Origin: Mobula hypostoma
Lineage: Eukaryota
Direction of reading: 5' to 3'
Assembly (NCBI RefSeq): GCF_963921235.1
Contig: NC_086098.1
Location: forward strand, 3,472,001-3,536,000
Length of the DNA: 64,000 nt
In this document: in pieces, positions 1-11,475 of the stretch
Numbering within the stretch: the stretch's first letter is position 1
Layout: every line of letters begins with the position of its first letter
Program-made: the position numbers and the translations under genes
Notes under the pieces: model-generated
The model's input: the letters and a program-made list of their open reading frames with translations, nothing else
Databases searched by the model: none
Told to the model about the DNA's origin: nothing

Positions 1-190
1 GACTCCGTAGACAATCCCTCCATGACGTCCACCTTTTCTGCAGCCATGACACTATCTCTGATCAACACTCACCTTTCATCCCCATTGGACACTCAGCTCT
101 CACCTGTGGCTCCAAGTAGCTGTCTGCATGTGACAGCAGCCATACCCCGCTACATCACTTTAACAGTAGTCTAAACCAGGTGAGACCCCC

Positions 191-810
191 CATAAGACAT
201 TGGAGCAGAATTAGGCCATCGTGCCCAATCAAGTCTGCTCCTCCATTCACGGCTGATCCTCTTTTGTCTCTTCAGTCCCACTCCCCGGCCTTCTCGTCAT
301 AACCTTTGATGCCATGCCCAGTCAAGAACCTCTCAAGTTTTGCCTTAAATACACACAATGACCTAGCCTCCACAGCTGCCTGTGGAAATAATTTCCACAA
401 ATTCACCATCCTTTGGCTAAAGAAATTTCTCTGCATCTGTTTTAAATGGATGCCTCTGTCTTGAGGGTGGGCTTTTTAGTCCCAGACTCTCCCATCATGG
501 GAAACATCCTTTTCACATCTACTCTGCCTGGGTCTTTCAACATTCAAAAGGTTTCAATGTGATCCACCCTCATCCTTCTAAATTCTAGCAAGTACAGAGC
601 CAGAGCTATCAAACGTTCCTCATATGATAACCGTTTCATTCTTGGAATCATCCTTGTGAACCTCCTCTGAGCCCTCTCCAATATCAGCAGATCCTTTCAT
701 AGATGAGGGCTGTTCACACTCCTCAAAGTGAGGCCTCACAATGCCTGAAAAGCTTCAGCAACACATCCCTAATCTTGTATCCTAGGCCTCTTGAACTGAA
801 TGCTAACATT
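191..810 (-). mobile_element. CR1-clade LINE 3' fragment; left arm of a local inverted duplication of 4369-5116
   Basis: Reverse complement matches the 3' part of the CR1 at 2797-4996, including private deletions and the same 3' flank. Confidence 0.9.
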
Positions 811-1482
811 TTGTACATGCCCATAGATCTCTGAAAGTTGCCTCACAGGTGGATAGGGTAGTTAAGAAAGCTTATGGAGTGTTAGCTTTCATAAGTCGAG
901 GGATAGAGTTTAAGAGTCGCGATGTAATGATGCAGCTCTATAAAACTCTGGTTGGGCCACACTTGGAGTACTGTGTCCATTTCTGGTCGCCTCGCTATAG
1001 GAAGGATGTGGAAGCATTGGAAAGGGTACAGAGGAGATTTACCAGGATGCTGCCTGGTTTAGAGAGTATGCATTATGTTCAGAGATTAAGGAAGCTAGGG
1101 CTTTACTCTTTGGAGAGAAGGAGGATGAGAGCAGACATGATAGAGGTGTACAAGATATTAAGAGGAATAGATAGAGTGGACAGCCAGCGCCTCTTCCCCA
1201 GGGCACCACCGCTCGATACAAGAGGACATGGCTTTAAGGTAAGGGGTGGGAAGTTCAAGGGGGATATTAGAGGAAGGTTTTTTACTCAGAGAGTGGTTGG
1301 TGCATGGAATGCACTGCCTGAGTCAGTGGTGGAGGCAGATACACTAGTGAAGTTTAAGAGACTACTAGACAGGTATATGGAGGAATTTAAGGTGGGGGCT
1401 TATACGGGAGGCAGGGTTTAAGGGTCGGCACAACATTGTGGGCCGAAGGGCCTGTAGTGTGCTGTACTATTCTATGTTCTAT
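811..1482 (+). mobile_element. Young 5'-truncated CR1/HER1-like LINE (ORF2 C-terminus, ORF 849-1421)
   Basis: Uninterrupted LYKTLVGPHLEYCVHFWSP...LERVQRRFTRM...FFTQRVV..WNALP; CR1 3' UTR GGGCCGAAGGGCCTGT and TTCTATGTTCTA tail. Confidence 0.93.
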
Positions 1483-1483
1483 A

Positions 1484-1735
1484 TCCTAAGGAAGTAGAGG
1501 CGCTGCTGTTCTTTCTTCACAATTGCACTTGTGTGCTGGGGCCAGAGCAGGTTCTCTGGAATAAAGTTGCTAATCCGATCCGTTGATGAGGATGGGCTCA
1601 TGGACCTCAGGCTTTCTCCTCCTGAGGTCAATAATCAGCTCCTTGGTCTGGCTGACATGGAGTAAAAGGTTGTTGTTGTGGCACCATTCAGCCAGATTTT
1701 CAATCTCCCTCCTATTTGCTGATTCACAGCACATT
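1484..1735 (-). mobile_element. Rex1/Babar LINE RT-region fragment
   Basis: Minus strand reads WCHNNNL..SQTKELIIDLR, similar to the Rex1 copies at 15026 and 30959. Confidence 0.7.
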
Positions 1736-2154
1736 TTGATTCAGGCAACATTAAAAATAACTTGAAAGGGAATATAATATTTTCTTGTCTTTACTAGTCC
1801 TTTACAAATTATGCAGAGTTAGAACTGTGTGAAGGAGGTTATGAATTTCTCCTTCTGTCCCTTGACAGTGTTGGACAATCACAAACAGAGACGGATCTTT
1901 TCAGAGGCCAATCATTGCAATGGAGTAGATGGTCTGACTAATAATTTAAGATTAGCATTACTTATTAACTTTTGGTATCATATGCTAATGACTTTAGTGT
2001 AAGGAAGATTAAGTTAATCACTAGTTCCTAATAAAATTCATCTTTGATACTATTGCTGGCATGTTTCATTATCACTCAAGACCAGAGACCGGGGCCTCAG
2101 TGAAAGTAAAAATTTTTTAAAAGGAAAACTTTCAGAAGCACAAGAGATTCTGCA

Positions 2155-2362
2155 AATCAGAGTTCAATTCTGCCACAGTCCGTAAGGAGTTTGTTCGCCC
2201 TGTGCCCACGTTGGTTTCCTCTGGTGCTCCAGTTTCTTCCCACAGTCCAAATGCTAATTGGTCATTGTACATTATTCTGTGATTTGGCTAAGGTTTGTTG
2301 GTGGGTTGGTGGGCGGGCTTGTTGGGCAGGAAGAACCTGATCCGTGCTGTATCTCGAGATAA
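2155..2362 (+). mobile_element. V-SINE/HE1-like tRNA-derived SINE (degraded)
   Basis: B-box-like AGTTCAATTC, V-domain GGAGTTTG..GGTTTCCTCTGGTGCTCCAGTTTC, LINE-like tail; same family as 45909-46167. Confidence 0.7.
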
Positions 2363-2455
2363 GTACCTAGAAATAACTATGCTAAGGAGGTTATCAATAC
2401 TACCCTTTGTCTCCTGACAGTGTTAGGCAGTAATGAAAAGAGGAAACGTTATTCC

Positions 2456-2660
2456 GCAGGCTCGGGATTTCCAGCATAACGCATGCGCGCACACACACAG
2501 ACATATGCACACACACGCGCACATAATGCTGGAGGAACTCAGCAGGTTAGGCAGCATCAATGTAAATGATGAAATGAATAGATAATCAATGTTTTCGGTG
2601 GAGACTGTCCTTCAGGATTGAGAAGGAGAGTGGAATATGCCAGCATAAATAGGTTGAGAA
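2456..2660 (-). mobile_element. Penelope-derived terminal fragment
   Basis: ATGCTGGAGGAACTCAGCAGG motif shared with GIY-YIG-bearing copies; flanked by near-identical 8-mers GTTATTCC (2448-2455) and GTTGTTCC (2661-2668). Confidence 0.65.
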
Positions 2661-2796
2661 GTTGTTCCAAAGGATAATCATTGGAATAGTGTCGATGTTC
2701 TTACTAATATTTTAAGTTTAGTATTGATTATTAACTTTTGGTGGCACATGTTAATGACTTTATATGACAGGTGGTTGTCCATCATATCTGATGATG

Positions 2797-4996
2797 ACAT
2801 GAAATCTGCACAGTAAACTTTTTAAAGTGGAAATAATAACACCTAGGGATTTAAAGTTGCTGACACGAAGTAAATCTGAAGGAGCTACTGGCAGGGACGA
2901 CAGCAGAGCAGCAATGACTTGAGTTTCTAGGAAAAATGAGAAAGGTGCAGGATAGATGTATTCCAAATACGAAGAAATATTCAAATAGCAAAATAGTAAA
3001 ACAGTGGCTGAGAAGGGAAGTCAAAGCTGATGTAAAAGCAAACGAAAGGGAATACAACAAAGCAAAAAAAAGGCAGAGGAGTGGGAAGCTTATAGAAACC
3101 TAGAGAGACCAACTAAAAGAATCATTAGGAGGGAAAAGATGAAATATGAAAGCAAGCTGGCAAACAATATCAAAGTGAATAGTAAAGGCTTTTTCAAGTA
3201 TGTAACAAAAAGAGAGATGAGAGTGGATAGAAGACCGCTAGAAAATGAGGCTGGAAAAATAATAATGGGGGCCAAGGAGATGGCAGATGAACCAAATGAG
3301 TATTTTTCATCAGTCTTCACTGTGGAAGACACTAGCAGTGTGCCAGATGTTGAGGGGTGTGAGGGAAGAGAAGTGAGTGCAGTTACTATTACAAGGGAGA
3401 AGGTGCCCAAAAATCTGAGAAACCTAAGGGTACATAAGTCACCTGGATGAGGTGAGCTGCACTAGGCTTCTGAAAGAGGTAGCAATAGAAATTGCGGAGG
3501 CATTAGAAATGATCTTTCAAAAATCATCGGACTCTGGCCTGATGCCAAAGCACTGGAAAATTGCAGATGTCAGCCACTCTTTAAAAGAGGAGGAAGGCAG
3601 CCGAAAGGGAATGTAGGCTAGTTAGCCTGACCTCAGTGGTTCAGAAGGTGTTGGAATCAATTATTAAGGATGAGGTGATGGAGTACTTGGTGATACAGGA
3701 CAAGATAGGACAAAGTCAGCATGTTTCCTGAAGGGAAAATCTTGCCTAATGAACCTGTTCGAATTCTTTCAGGAGATTACAGGTAGGATAGATAAAGGGG
3801 ATGCAATGGATGTTGTGTATTTGGACTTTCAAAAGACCTTTGACAAGTTGCCACACATGAGGCTGCTTACCAAGTTGAGAGCCCATGATATTACAGGAAA
3901 GTTACTAGCATGGTTGGAGTATTGGCTGATTGGTAGGAGGGTGTGAGTGGGAATAAAAGGAACCTTTTCTGGTTGGCTGCTAGTGATGAGTGATGTTCCG
4001 CAGGGGTCGATATTGGGACCGCTTCTTTGTAAGCTGTATATCAATGATTTAGATGATGAAATAGATGGCTTTGTTACCAAATTTGCAGATGATACAAAGA
4101 TTGGTGGAAAGGCAGGTAGTGCTGAGGAAACAGGTAGGATGCAGAAGGATTTAGACAGATTAGGAGAATGGGCAAAGAATTGGCAAATGAAATATAGTGT
4201 AGGGAAGTGTATAGTCATGCACTTTGGTAGAAGAAATAAATGTGCAGACTATTTTCTAAACAGGGACAAAATTCAGAAATCTGAGATGCAAAGGGACTTT
4301 GGTGTCCTTGTGCAGAACACCCTAAAGGTTAACTTACAGAGAGAGTTGGTGGTGAGGAAGGCAAATGCAATGTTAGCATTCAGTTCAAGAGGCCTAGGAT
4401 ACAAGATTAGGGATGTGTTGCTGAAGCTTTTCAGGCATTGTGAGGCCTCACTTTGAGGAGTGCGAACAGCCCTCATCTATGAAAGGATCTGCTGATATTG
4501 GAGAGGGCTCAGAGGAGGTTCACAAGGATGATTCCAGGAATGAAATGGTTATCATATGAGGAACGTTTGATAGCTCTGGCTCTGTACTTGCTGGAATTTA
4601 GAAGGATGAGGGTGGATCAAATTAAAACCTTTTGAATGTTGAAAGACCCAGGCAGAGTAGATGTAAAAAGGATGTTTCCCATGGTGGGAAAGTCTGGGAC
4701 AAAAAAGCCCAACCTCAAGACAGCGAGGCATCCATTTAAAACAGATACAGAGAAATTTCTTTAGCCAGAGGATGGGGGGTGAATTTGTGGAAATTATTTC
4801 CACAGGCAGCTGTGGAGGCTAGGTCATTGTGTGTATTTAAGGCAAAGCTTGATAGGTTTTTGACTGGACATGGCATCAAAGGTTACGAGAAGGCCGAGGA
4901 GTGGGACTGAAGAGACAAAAAAGGATCAGCCATAATTGAATGGAGGAGCAGACTTGATTGGGCACAATGGCCTAATTCTGCTCCCATGTCTTATGG
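2797..4996 (+). mobile_element. Degraded CR1 LINE ORF2 (post-endonuclease region, RT, 3' UTR), about 2.2 kb
   Basis: Frameshifted ORFs 3139-3450 (KSPG), 3749-3946 (VYLDFQK.FDK), 3947-4456 (PQGSILGP, KFADDTK); CR1 tail. Confidence 0.93.
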
Positions 4997-5224
4997 TCTC
5001 ACCTGGTTTAGACTACTGTTAAAGCGATGTAACAGGGTATGGCCACTGTCACATGCAGACAGCTACTTGGAACCACAGGTGACAGCTGAGTGTCCGATGG
5101 GGATGAAAAGTGAGTGAGCTGCTCCAGAATGGACATGGCAGGTCCCTTCGTCAGAGGTGCTGCCCCTCCCTGGACACTCATACGAAGCCATGCTGACTAT
5201 CCTTAATTAGTCCACGTCCATGTT

Positions 5225-6118
5225 ATATATCCGGTCCCTCAGAATATCTCCCAATAATATTCCCACTACTGATGTCAGGCTCACCAGCCTGTAGTTTCTT
5301 GGTTTAATTTTAGAGCTCTTCTTGAATAGTTGAACAACATTAGCTATCCTCCAATCCTCCAGTATCTCACCTGTCACTAAGGACAATTTAAACATCTCTT
5401 CTAGGGCCCCTGCAATTTCTGCATCTGCCTCCTGCACAGTCAGAGGGAACACCTTGTCAGGCCCTGGGGATTTGTCCACCCTAATATGCCTCAGGACACA
5501 AACACTTCTTTTTTGCATAACCAGGGCCTCAATGTTTCTCGAAAACTAAGGCTTCCTACACTTTTTGTCTTTACTTTTCATTCTGAAAGGCACATACAAG
5601 TTTTGTACCCTCACAATTTCACTTTTGAAGGCCTTCCACTTACCAAATATACTTCTGCCAGAAATCTGCCTGCCCCAATCCACACTCAGACCATAAGATA
5701 TAGGAGCAGAATTAGGCCATTTGGCCCATTGAGTCTGCTCCACCATTTCATCATGGCAGATCCGATTTTCCTTTCAGCCCCAAACTCCAGCCTTCATCCT
5801 GTACCCCGTCACGCCCTGACCAATCAAGAATCTATCAACCTCTGCCTTAAATATACATAAACATTTGGCCTCCACAGCTGCCCATGGCAAAGAATTCCAC
5901 AGATTTACCACTCTCTGGCAAAAAAATCCTTCTCAGATCCATTCTGAAAGGATGCCCCTCAGAGGCTGTGTCGTCTGGTCTTAGACTCTCCTACCATACA
6001 AAGCATCCTCTTCACGTCCACTCTATCAAGGTCATTCACCATTCGATAGGTTTCAATAACGTCACTCCTCAGTCTCCTGAAGTCTTATGAAAACAGACCC
6101 AGAGACATCAAACGCTCA
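5225..6118 (-). mobile_element. Two adjacent CR1 fragments (internal ORF2 piece about 5225-5686; 3' end about 5691-6118)
   Basis: ORF 5207-5518 VDKSPGPD...WRIANV..LFKK..NYRLVSLTS; 3' UTR signature ATAAGATATAGGAGCAGAATTAGGCC. Confidence 0.85.
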
Positions 6119-6204
6119 ATTCTTGCCAGATTCTTTCTCGTGCAGTCAAAACTGTCCTTCTGAAGCTTTAAATCTATCTTGTACCTTGGCCTCTGCAGCC
6201 ACCT

Positions 6205-6594
6205 GCCTCAGAGACTCAAAGTTTTCAGACGGATGAACTCGGTGTCGGCTGTGGTCGGCTGCTTCCAAGGCATCGGCAAGTTGATGGTGCCTGGAGGTTT
6301 ATGGCAGGGAGTTTCTCCCTTTTGCTGCCACTATCGGGGGACTCGGGAGTCGATCGACTCGGGGACTTTTGAGACTTTATTTACCGTGCCCATGGTTTGT
6401 TCTTCATCAAATTACGGTATTGCTTTGCACTGCTGTAACTATATGTTATAATTATGTGGTTCTGTCAGTGTTAGTCTTTGGTTTGTCCTGTTTTCTGTGA
6501 TATCACGCCGGAGAAACATTGTATCATTTCTTAATGCATGTATGCATTTCTAAATGACAATAAACGAGGACTGAGTGTTCTCATAATCTAATCT
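6205..6594 (+). mobile_element. 5'-truncated copy of a non-autonomous (AATCT)n-tailed retroelement, inserted in a CR1 3' fragment
   Basis: Colinear with about 55280-55603; the host CR1 text GGCCTCTGCAGCCACCT resumes as ATGGCAATGAATTCCACAG after the tail. Confidence 0.75.
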
Positions 6595-6839
6595 ATGGCA
6601 ATGAATTCCACAGCTTCTCTGCCTTTGGTAAAGAAATTCCTCTCATCTCTGTTATACAGTGACACTCTGGTATCCTGAGGCTATGCACTCAGTCCTAGAA
6701 CCCCCACTATAGGAAGTATCCTGTCCACATGCACTCTATCCAGGCCTTTCAATATTTGATAACTTTTACTGAGATTCCCCTTCAAGGTAGGGAAGGCGCA
6801 GATCAAAAATTATGAGGTCTTGTACAAAGGTAAACTCAC

Positions 6840-7044
6840 AGTATTTTGCAGGCAAGCCCGAGTAAACTGCACTCATGAAACATCTAAATTCCCCATTGGA
6901 AGGAGATGGCAAATATGCTCCAATTGAAGCTGAAGAACCTTTCTGGTTTTTAGTGTGATCACGCAAGTGTGATGTTCTCGTAAGGTGGTTGTCCACTGCT
7001 GGGTCGTCAGGTGGCCCAAGAGACTGATCCAGGGTCCACGTATT
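6840..7044 (-). CDS. Candidate internal exon (205 nt) of an unidentified host transcript
   Basis: Acceptor ttctttccaccctgcatcag, donor ACT|gtgagt; the only fully open frame is phase 0: NTWTLDQSLGPPDDPAVDNHL...GEFRCFMSAVYSGLPAKY; non-repetitive sequence; no homology recognised. Confidence 0.5.
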
Positions 7045-7069
7045 CTGATGCAGGGTGGAAAGAATTAAT

Positions 7070-7365
7070 TCCCCACTCTGACCTCTTACCGCTCCTCACC
7101 TACCTATCACCTCCCTCTGATCCCCTCCTTTCCAGCCCTTTACCCTTCCTACCCAACTGGCTTCACCCATCACTTTCCGGCTATCCGACTTCCTCTCCCC
7201 CTACCTTTCTAATCTGCTGTCTTCCCCCTTCCTTTCCAGTCCTGATGAAGGGTCTCGGGCCAAAACATCGACTGTTTATTCATTTCCATAGATGTTGCCT
7301 GACCTGCTGAGCTCCTCCAGCATTTTGTGTCAGTTACTATGGATCTCCAGCATCTGCAGGATCTA
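7070..7365 (+). mobile_element. Penelope-derived 3' terminal fragment with decayed hammerhead motif (7237-7274)
   Basis: Pyrimidine-rich tract, then CAGTC-CTGATGA-AGGGTCTCGGGCC-AAAACATC-GACTG, then CCTGCTGAGCTCCTCCAGCATTTTGTG. Confidence 0.8.
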
Positions 7366-7639
7366 ACGTATTAAAGAGTAAGTGGTGGTTGTGGTTAGTG
7401 GTAGAGTCTATCTTTGAAACTGTTTTCTTCTTATTTACCATAGTCTGGATACAATTGGCAATTTAAGCCGATACCTCAACGCAAATAGATTAACACCTCA
7501 ATAGAACAGAAGGAAGAATATCATGAACGTGTGAATCATTTGTCAACTGTTAAAATCAACAACAATTTTTCCTTGATATTGCTCTTTTAATTCCCTCTAA
7601 TCTTTGTTTCTTTCCACTGGAAATAAAACTATTACTCAC

Positions 7640-7720
7640 AGTGTGATCACTGAAAAGGATGGTATGGCTTTCAAGATCAGATTTAGAAATGAATTTTCTG
7701 TCCTTGGTGAACATGCCTGT
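7640..7720 (-). CDS. Candidate exon (81 nt) upstream of and in phase with 6840-7044
   Basis: cctaccccag|ACA GGC ATG TTC...CAC ACT|gtgagt; reads TGMFTKDRKFISKSDLESHTILFSDHT and ends in phase 0; acceptor only moderate. Confidence 0.4.
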
Positions 7721-7926
7721 CTGGGGTAGGTAAACGTTTACACTTTTATTGAATATTAATAGTACCGTTCACATCTTACCAAGAGCACTGAGTGTTCTGG
7801 AATGAAATATGTGAATTATTTCCCTAGTTACCCACTGCTAATAAAGAAACATTGTAACAGAGAACTGAAAAGGGCTACAATATAATTTTGCCAAAAATGG
7901 ATCAGCACGTGAGCACCATTACAAAT

Positions 7927-8645
7927 ACAACGGATTCTGGTTAATTGGGGCACAGCAGGACCAGTACATTTTGGCCCAGTTAAGCAGCTGCCCCAATTAG
8001 CTGAAGTTTCATGGAAATGGTTAAAAAGGTATATAAAAAACAAACTGACAAATTATGTATTTAAATGAAATAGAGAACAATACTGTCTGTTAGTTTCGAA
8101 TAGTTATCAGTGAAGGAATTAATCCAGCATACGCCGCTGTGTTCTTTTGATTGACTGTAAATGAACAAAATCAGCGCAGCCACATAGTGTAGATAATGGG
8201 CTGCCTTCATACAATGCCTTTCATGATTGCATCCTTTAAACCTTCATGTACTTTACAACATTCAAGGCGATAGTCGATAACTTCAAATTCTTCGTAGTCT
8301 CTAACTTGTTGAAGTAATAATATCGTTTCATTTTCACCCCCGGCCGTTTCTGGCATCCCCAAGCCTCAATGCTTGAAACCACCGCGAGCAAAGCAGTTTT
8401 GAGTTGTCTTACTGCCCATTTCTCGCCAAGTATCCATGACAAAAAAAAAATCGCTGATTACAGAACAAGCACACACAACTGTTACTATTTAAAAATAGTT
8501 CGCTCTAAGCATGGTGTAGCATCTAACAGCCACATAAGTACACTCGTCCGAGTCTAGCTGGAAATTGTCAGGCAAGTTTCCTGTGCCAATTAAGAGGCAT
8601 GGTGTCCCATAGAATTGAAGGGAATCCAGGCCATTTTCCCAATTA
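7927..8645. mobile_element. Non-autonomous DNA transposon relic, probably TcMar pogo/Tigger-like; right end truncated
   Basis: Starts TA-CAACGGATTCTGGTTAATTGGGGCAC with repeated subterminal CCCAATTA motifs that recur near 8586-8645; family call from resemblance only. Confidence 0.5.
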
Positions 8646-8651
8646 CAAACA

Positions 8652-11222
8652 AGGAAAAAATCTGCAGATGCTGGAAATCCAAGAAACACACACAATATGC
8701 TGGAGGAACTCAGCAAACCAGGCAGCATCTATGGAAAAGAGTACAGTCGATGTTTTGGGCCAAGGCCCTCCAGCAGGACTGGAGAAAAGAAGACGAGGAG
8801 TCATAGTAGAAGGTGGGGGAGGAGAGGGAGAAACACAAGGTGAAACAAGGGAGAAGTAAAGAGCTGGGAGGTTAATCGGTGAAAGATATACAGGGCTGGA
8901 GAAGGACAAATCTGACAAAGGCAATGGAAGAAAGAAAAGGGTGGGGGGGGGCGGGAGCACCAGCAGGACATAATTGGCAGGAAGGAGATAAGATGAGGAA
9001 GGGAAATAGAGATGGGGAATGGTGAAGGGGGGAGGCACTACTGGAAGTTTGAGAAATCAATGTTCATGCCGTCAGTTTGGAGGCTACCCGGAAGGAATAC
9101 AAGATGTTGCTCCTCCAACCTCACCATGACAGTAGAGAAAGCCAAGGACTGATATGACAGATTGTGAATGGGAGCTGGGAGATCCCACTTCTTCTGGAGA
9201 ACAGAGCATAGATGCACAGCGAAGAGGTCTCCCATCTACATCGGGTCTCACCAATATACAGGAGGCCACACCGGGAGCACCATATGATCATAAAATATAG
9301 GAGCAGAAGTAGGCCATTTGGCCCATTGAGCCTGTTCGGCCATTTAATCATGGGCTGATCCAATTCTTCCAGTTATCCCCACTGTCCTGCCTTCTCCCCA
9401 TACCCTTTGATGCCCTGGCTAATCAAGAACCTTTCTATCTCTGTCTTAAATGCACCCAATGACTTGGCCTCCACAGCCGCTCGTGACAACAAATTCCACA
9501 GATTTACCACCCTCTGACTAAAGTAATTTCTCTGCATCTCTGTTCTGAATGGGCATCCCTCAATCCTGAACTCATGCCCTCTTCTAAAATAGGGAGCCCA
9601 AAACTGCACACAATACTCCGTGTGATCTCACAAGTGCCTTATAGAATCTCAACATCGCATTCCTGCTCTTATATTCTACACCTCAAGAAATGAATAACAA
9701 CATTGCATTTGCATCTCTGCACTTTGAATTCTCTCCCCATTTAACTAATAGTCTGCCCGTTTATTTCTTTCACCAAAGTGCATGACCATACACTTTCCAA
9801 CATTGTATTTCATTTTTCACTTCTTTTCCCATTTCCTTAAATTATCTAAGTCTCTCTGCAGGCTCTCTGTTTCCTCAACACTACCTGCTCCTCCACCTAT
9901 CTTTGTATCATCATCAAATTTAGCAACAAATCCATTAATACCGTAGTCCAAATCATTGACATACATCGTAAAAAGCAGTAGTCCCAACACCAACCCCTGT
10001 GGAACTCCACTGGTAACTGGCAGCCAGCCGGAATACGATCCCTTTATTCCCACTCTCTGTTTTCTGCCGATCAGCCAATGCTCCACCCACATTAGTAACT
10101 TACCTGTAATTCCATGGGATCTTATCTTGCTAAGCAGTCTCATGTGTGGCACCTTGTCAAAGGCCTTCTGAAAATCCAAGTGCACCATGTCTACTGCATC
10201 TTCTTTGTCTACTCTTCTTGTAATTTCCTCAAAAAATTGTGGTCTGTTAGTCAGGTAGGATTTTCCTTTCAGGAAACCATGATGGCTTTGGCCTATCTTG
10301 TCAAGTGCCTCCAGGTACTCCGTAATCTCATCCCTAACAATCGATTTCAACAACTTCCCAACCACTGATGTCAGGCTAACAGGTCTGTAGTTTCCTTTTT
10401 GCTGCCTCCCACCCTTCTTAAATAGCGGAGTAACCTTTGCAATTTTCCAGTCATCCGGTACAATGCCAGAATCCATTGATTTTTGAAAGATCATTGTTAA
10501 TGCCTCTGCAATCTCTCCAGCTACTTCCTACAGAACCCAAGGGTACATTCCATCAGATCCAGGAGATTTATCCACCCTCAGACCATTAAGCTTCCTGAGC
10601 ATCTTCTCAATCATAATTTTCACTGCACATACTTCACTTCCCTGACACTCTTCAATGTCCGGTATACTGCAAATGTCTTCCACTGTGAAGACTGATGCAA
10701 AATACACATCCAATTCCTCTGCCATCTCTGCATCTCTCATTATAATATCTCCAGCATCATGTTTATTCATCCTATATCTACCCTCAACTCTCTTTTACCC
10801 TTTATGTACTTAAAAAAGCTTTTAGTATCTTTTTTGATATTAGTCGCCAGCTTCCTTTCATAATTCATCTTCTCCCTCCTAAAGACCTTCTTAGTTTCCT
10901 TCTGCAAGTTTTTAAAACCAGCTATAGTAAACGACCCCAACAGCCTCACAGATGAAATGTCGTCTCATCTACAAGGTCTGTTTAGGGCCCTGAATGGGAG
11001 TGAAGGAGGTGGTGTAGGGCAGGTGTAGCACTTGTTCTGCTTGCAAGAATAAGTGGCAGGAGGGAGATCAGTGGGGAGGGACAAATGGACAAGGGAGTTG
11101 CATAGGGAGTGATCCCTGTGGAAAGCAGTATGTGGGGGAGAGGGGGAAAGATGTGCTTAGTGGTGGGATCCCAGTGGAGATGGCAGAATTTGTGGAGAAT
11201 TATGTGCTGTACATGGAGGCTT
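8652..11222 (-). mobile_element. Penelope-like element 3' part (GIY-YIG remnant plus 3' terminus), split by a CR1 insertion
   Basis: WCSRCGLLYIGETR..GD.FA.HL.SV at about 9190-9282; the sequence resumes at about 10917, colinear with the unsplit copy at 22130-22420. Confidence 0.85.
9283..10916 (-). mobile_element. CR1 LINE, about 1.6 kb, degraded ORF2, nested in the Penelope element
   Basis: ORFs 9817-10494 (NYRPVSLTS, LDFQKAFDKVPH, SGVPQG, KFDDDTK), 10528-10770, 9373-9609. Confidence 0.93.
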
Positions 11223-11254
11223 AAATTTCTTAAGCTTTCTGACATATTATCTTA

Positions 11255-11475
11255 AACACAAAATGCTCTGCAGAAGCTGGGGTCAAAGCAACACTCACAA
11301 CAAGCCGGAGGAACTCAGCAAGTCGGGCAGCATCCATGGAAACGAACAGTCAACGTTTCGGGCTGAGACCCTTCATCAGGACTGAAGAGGGAGGGGGCAG
11401 AGGCCCTATAAAGAAGGTGGGGGGAGGGTGGGAAGGAGAAGGCTGGAAGGTTCCAGGTGAAAAACCAGTAAGGGG
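11255..11475 (-). mobile_element. Penelope-derived terminal fragment (relatively young, CpGs retained)
   Basis: GGAGGAACTCAGCAAGTCGGGCAGCATC plus hammerhead motif plus purine-rich tract on the + strand. Confidence 0.8.
11347..11384 (-). ncRNA. Minimal type-I hammerhead ribozyme motif (Penelope type), core intact
   Basis: Minus strand: CAGUC CUGAUGA A GGGU-CUCA-GCCC GAAAC GUU GACUG; stem I CAGUC/GACUG, stem II GGGU/GCCC, palindromic ACGU in place of stem III. Confidence 0.75.

Noticed and set aside
2412..2430. TAACACTGTC on the minus strand resembling the 5' end of miR-200a/141
   Set aside because: The match stops after 10 nt and no precursor hairpin is evident
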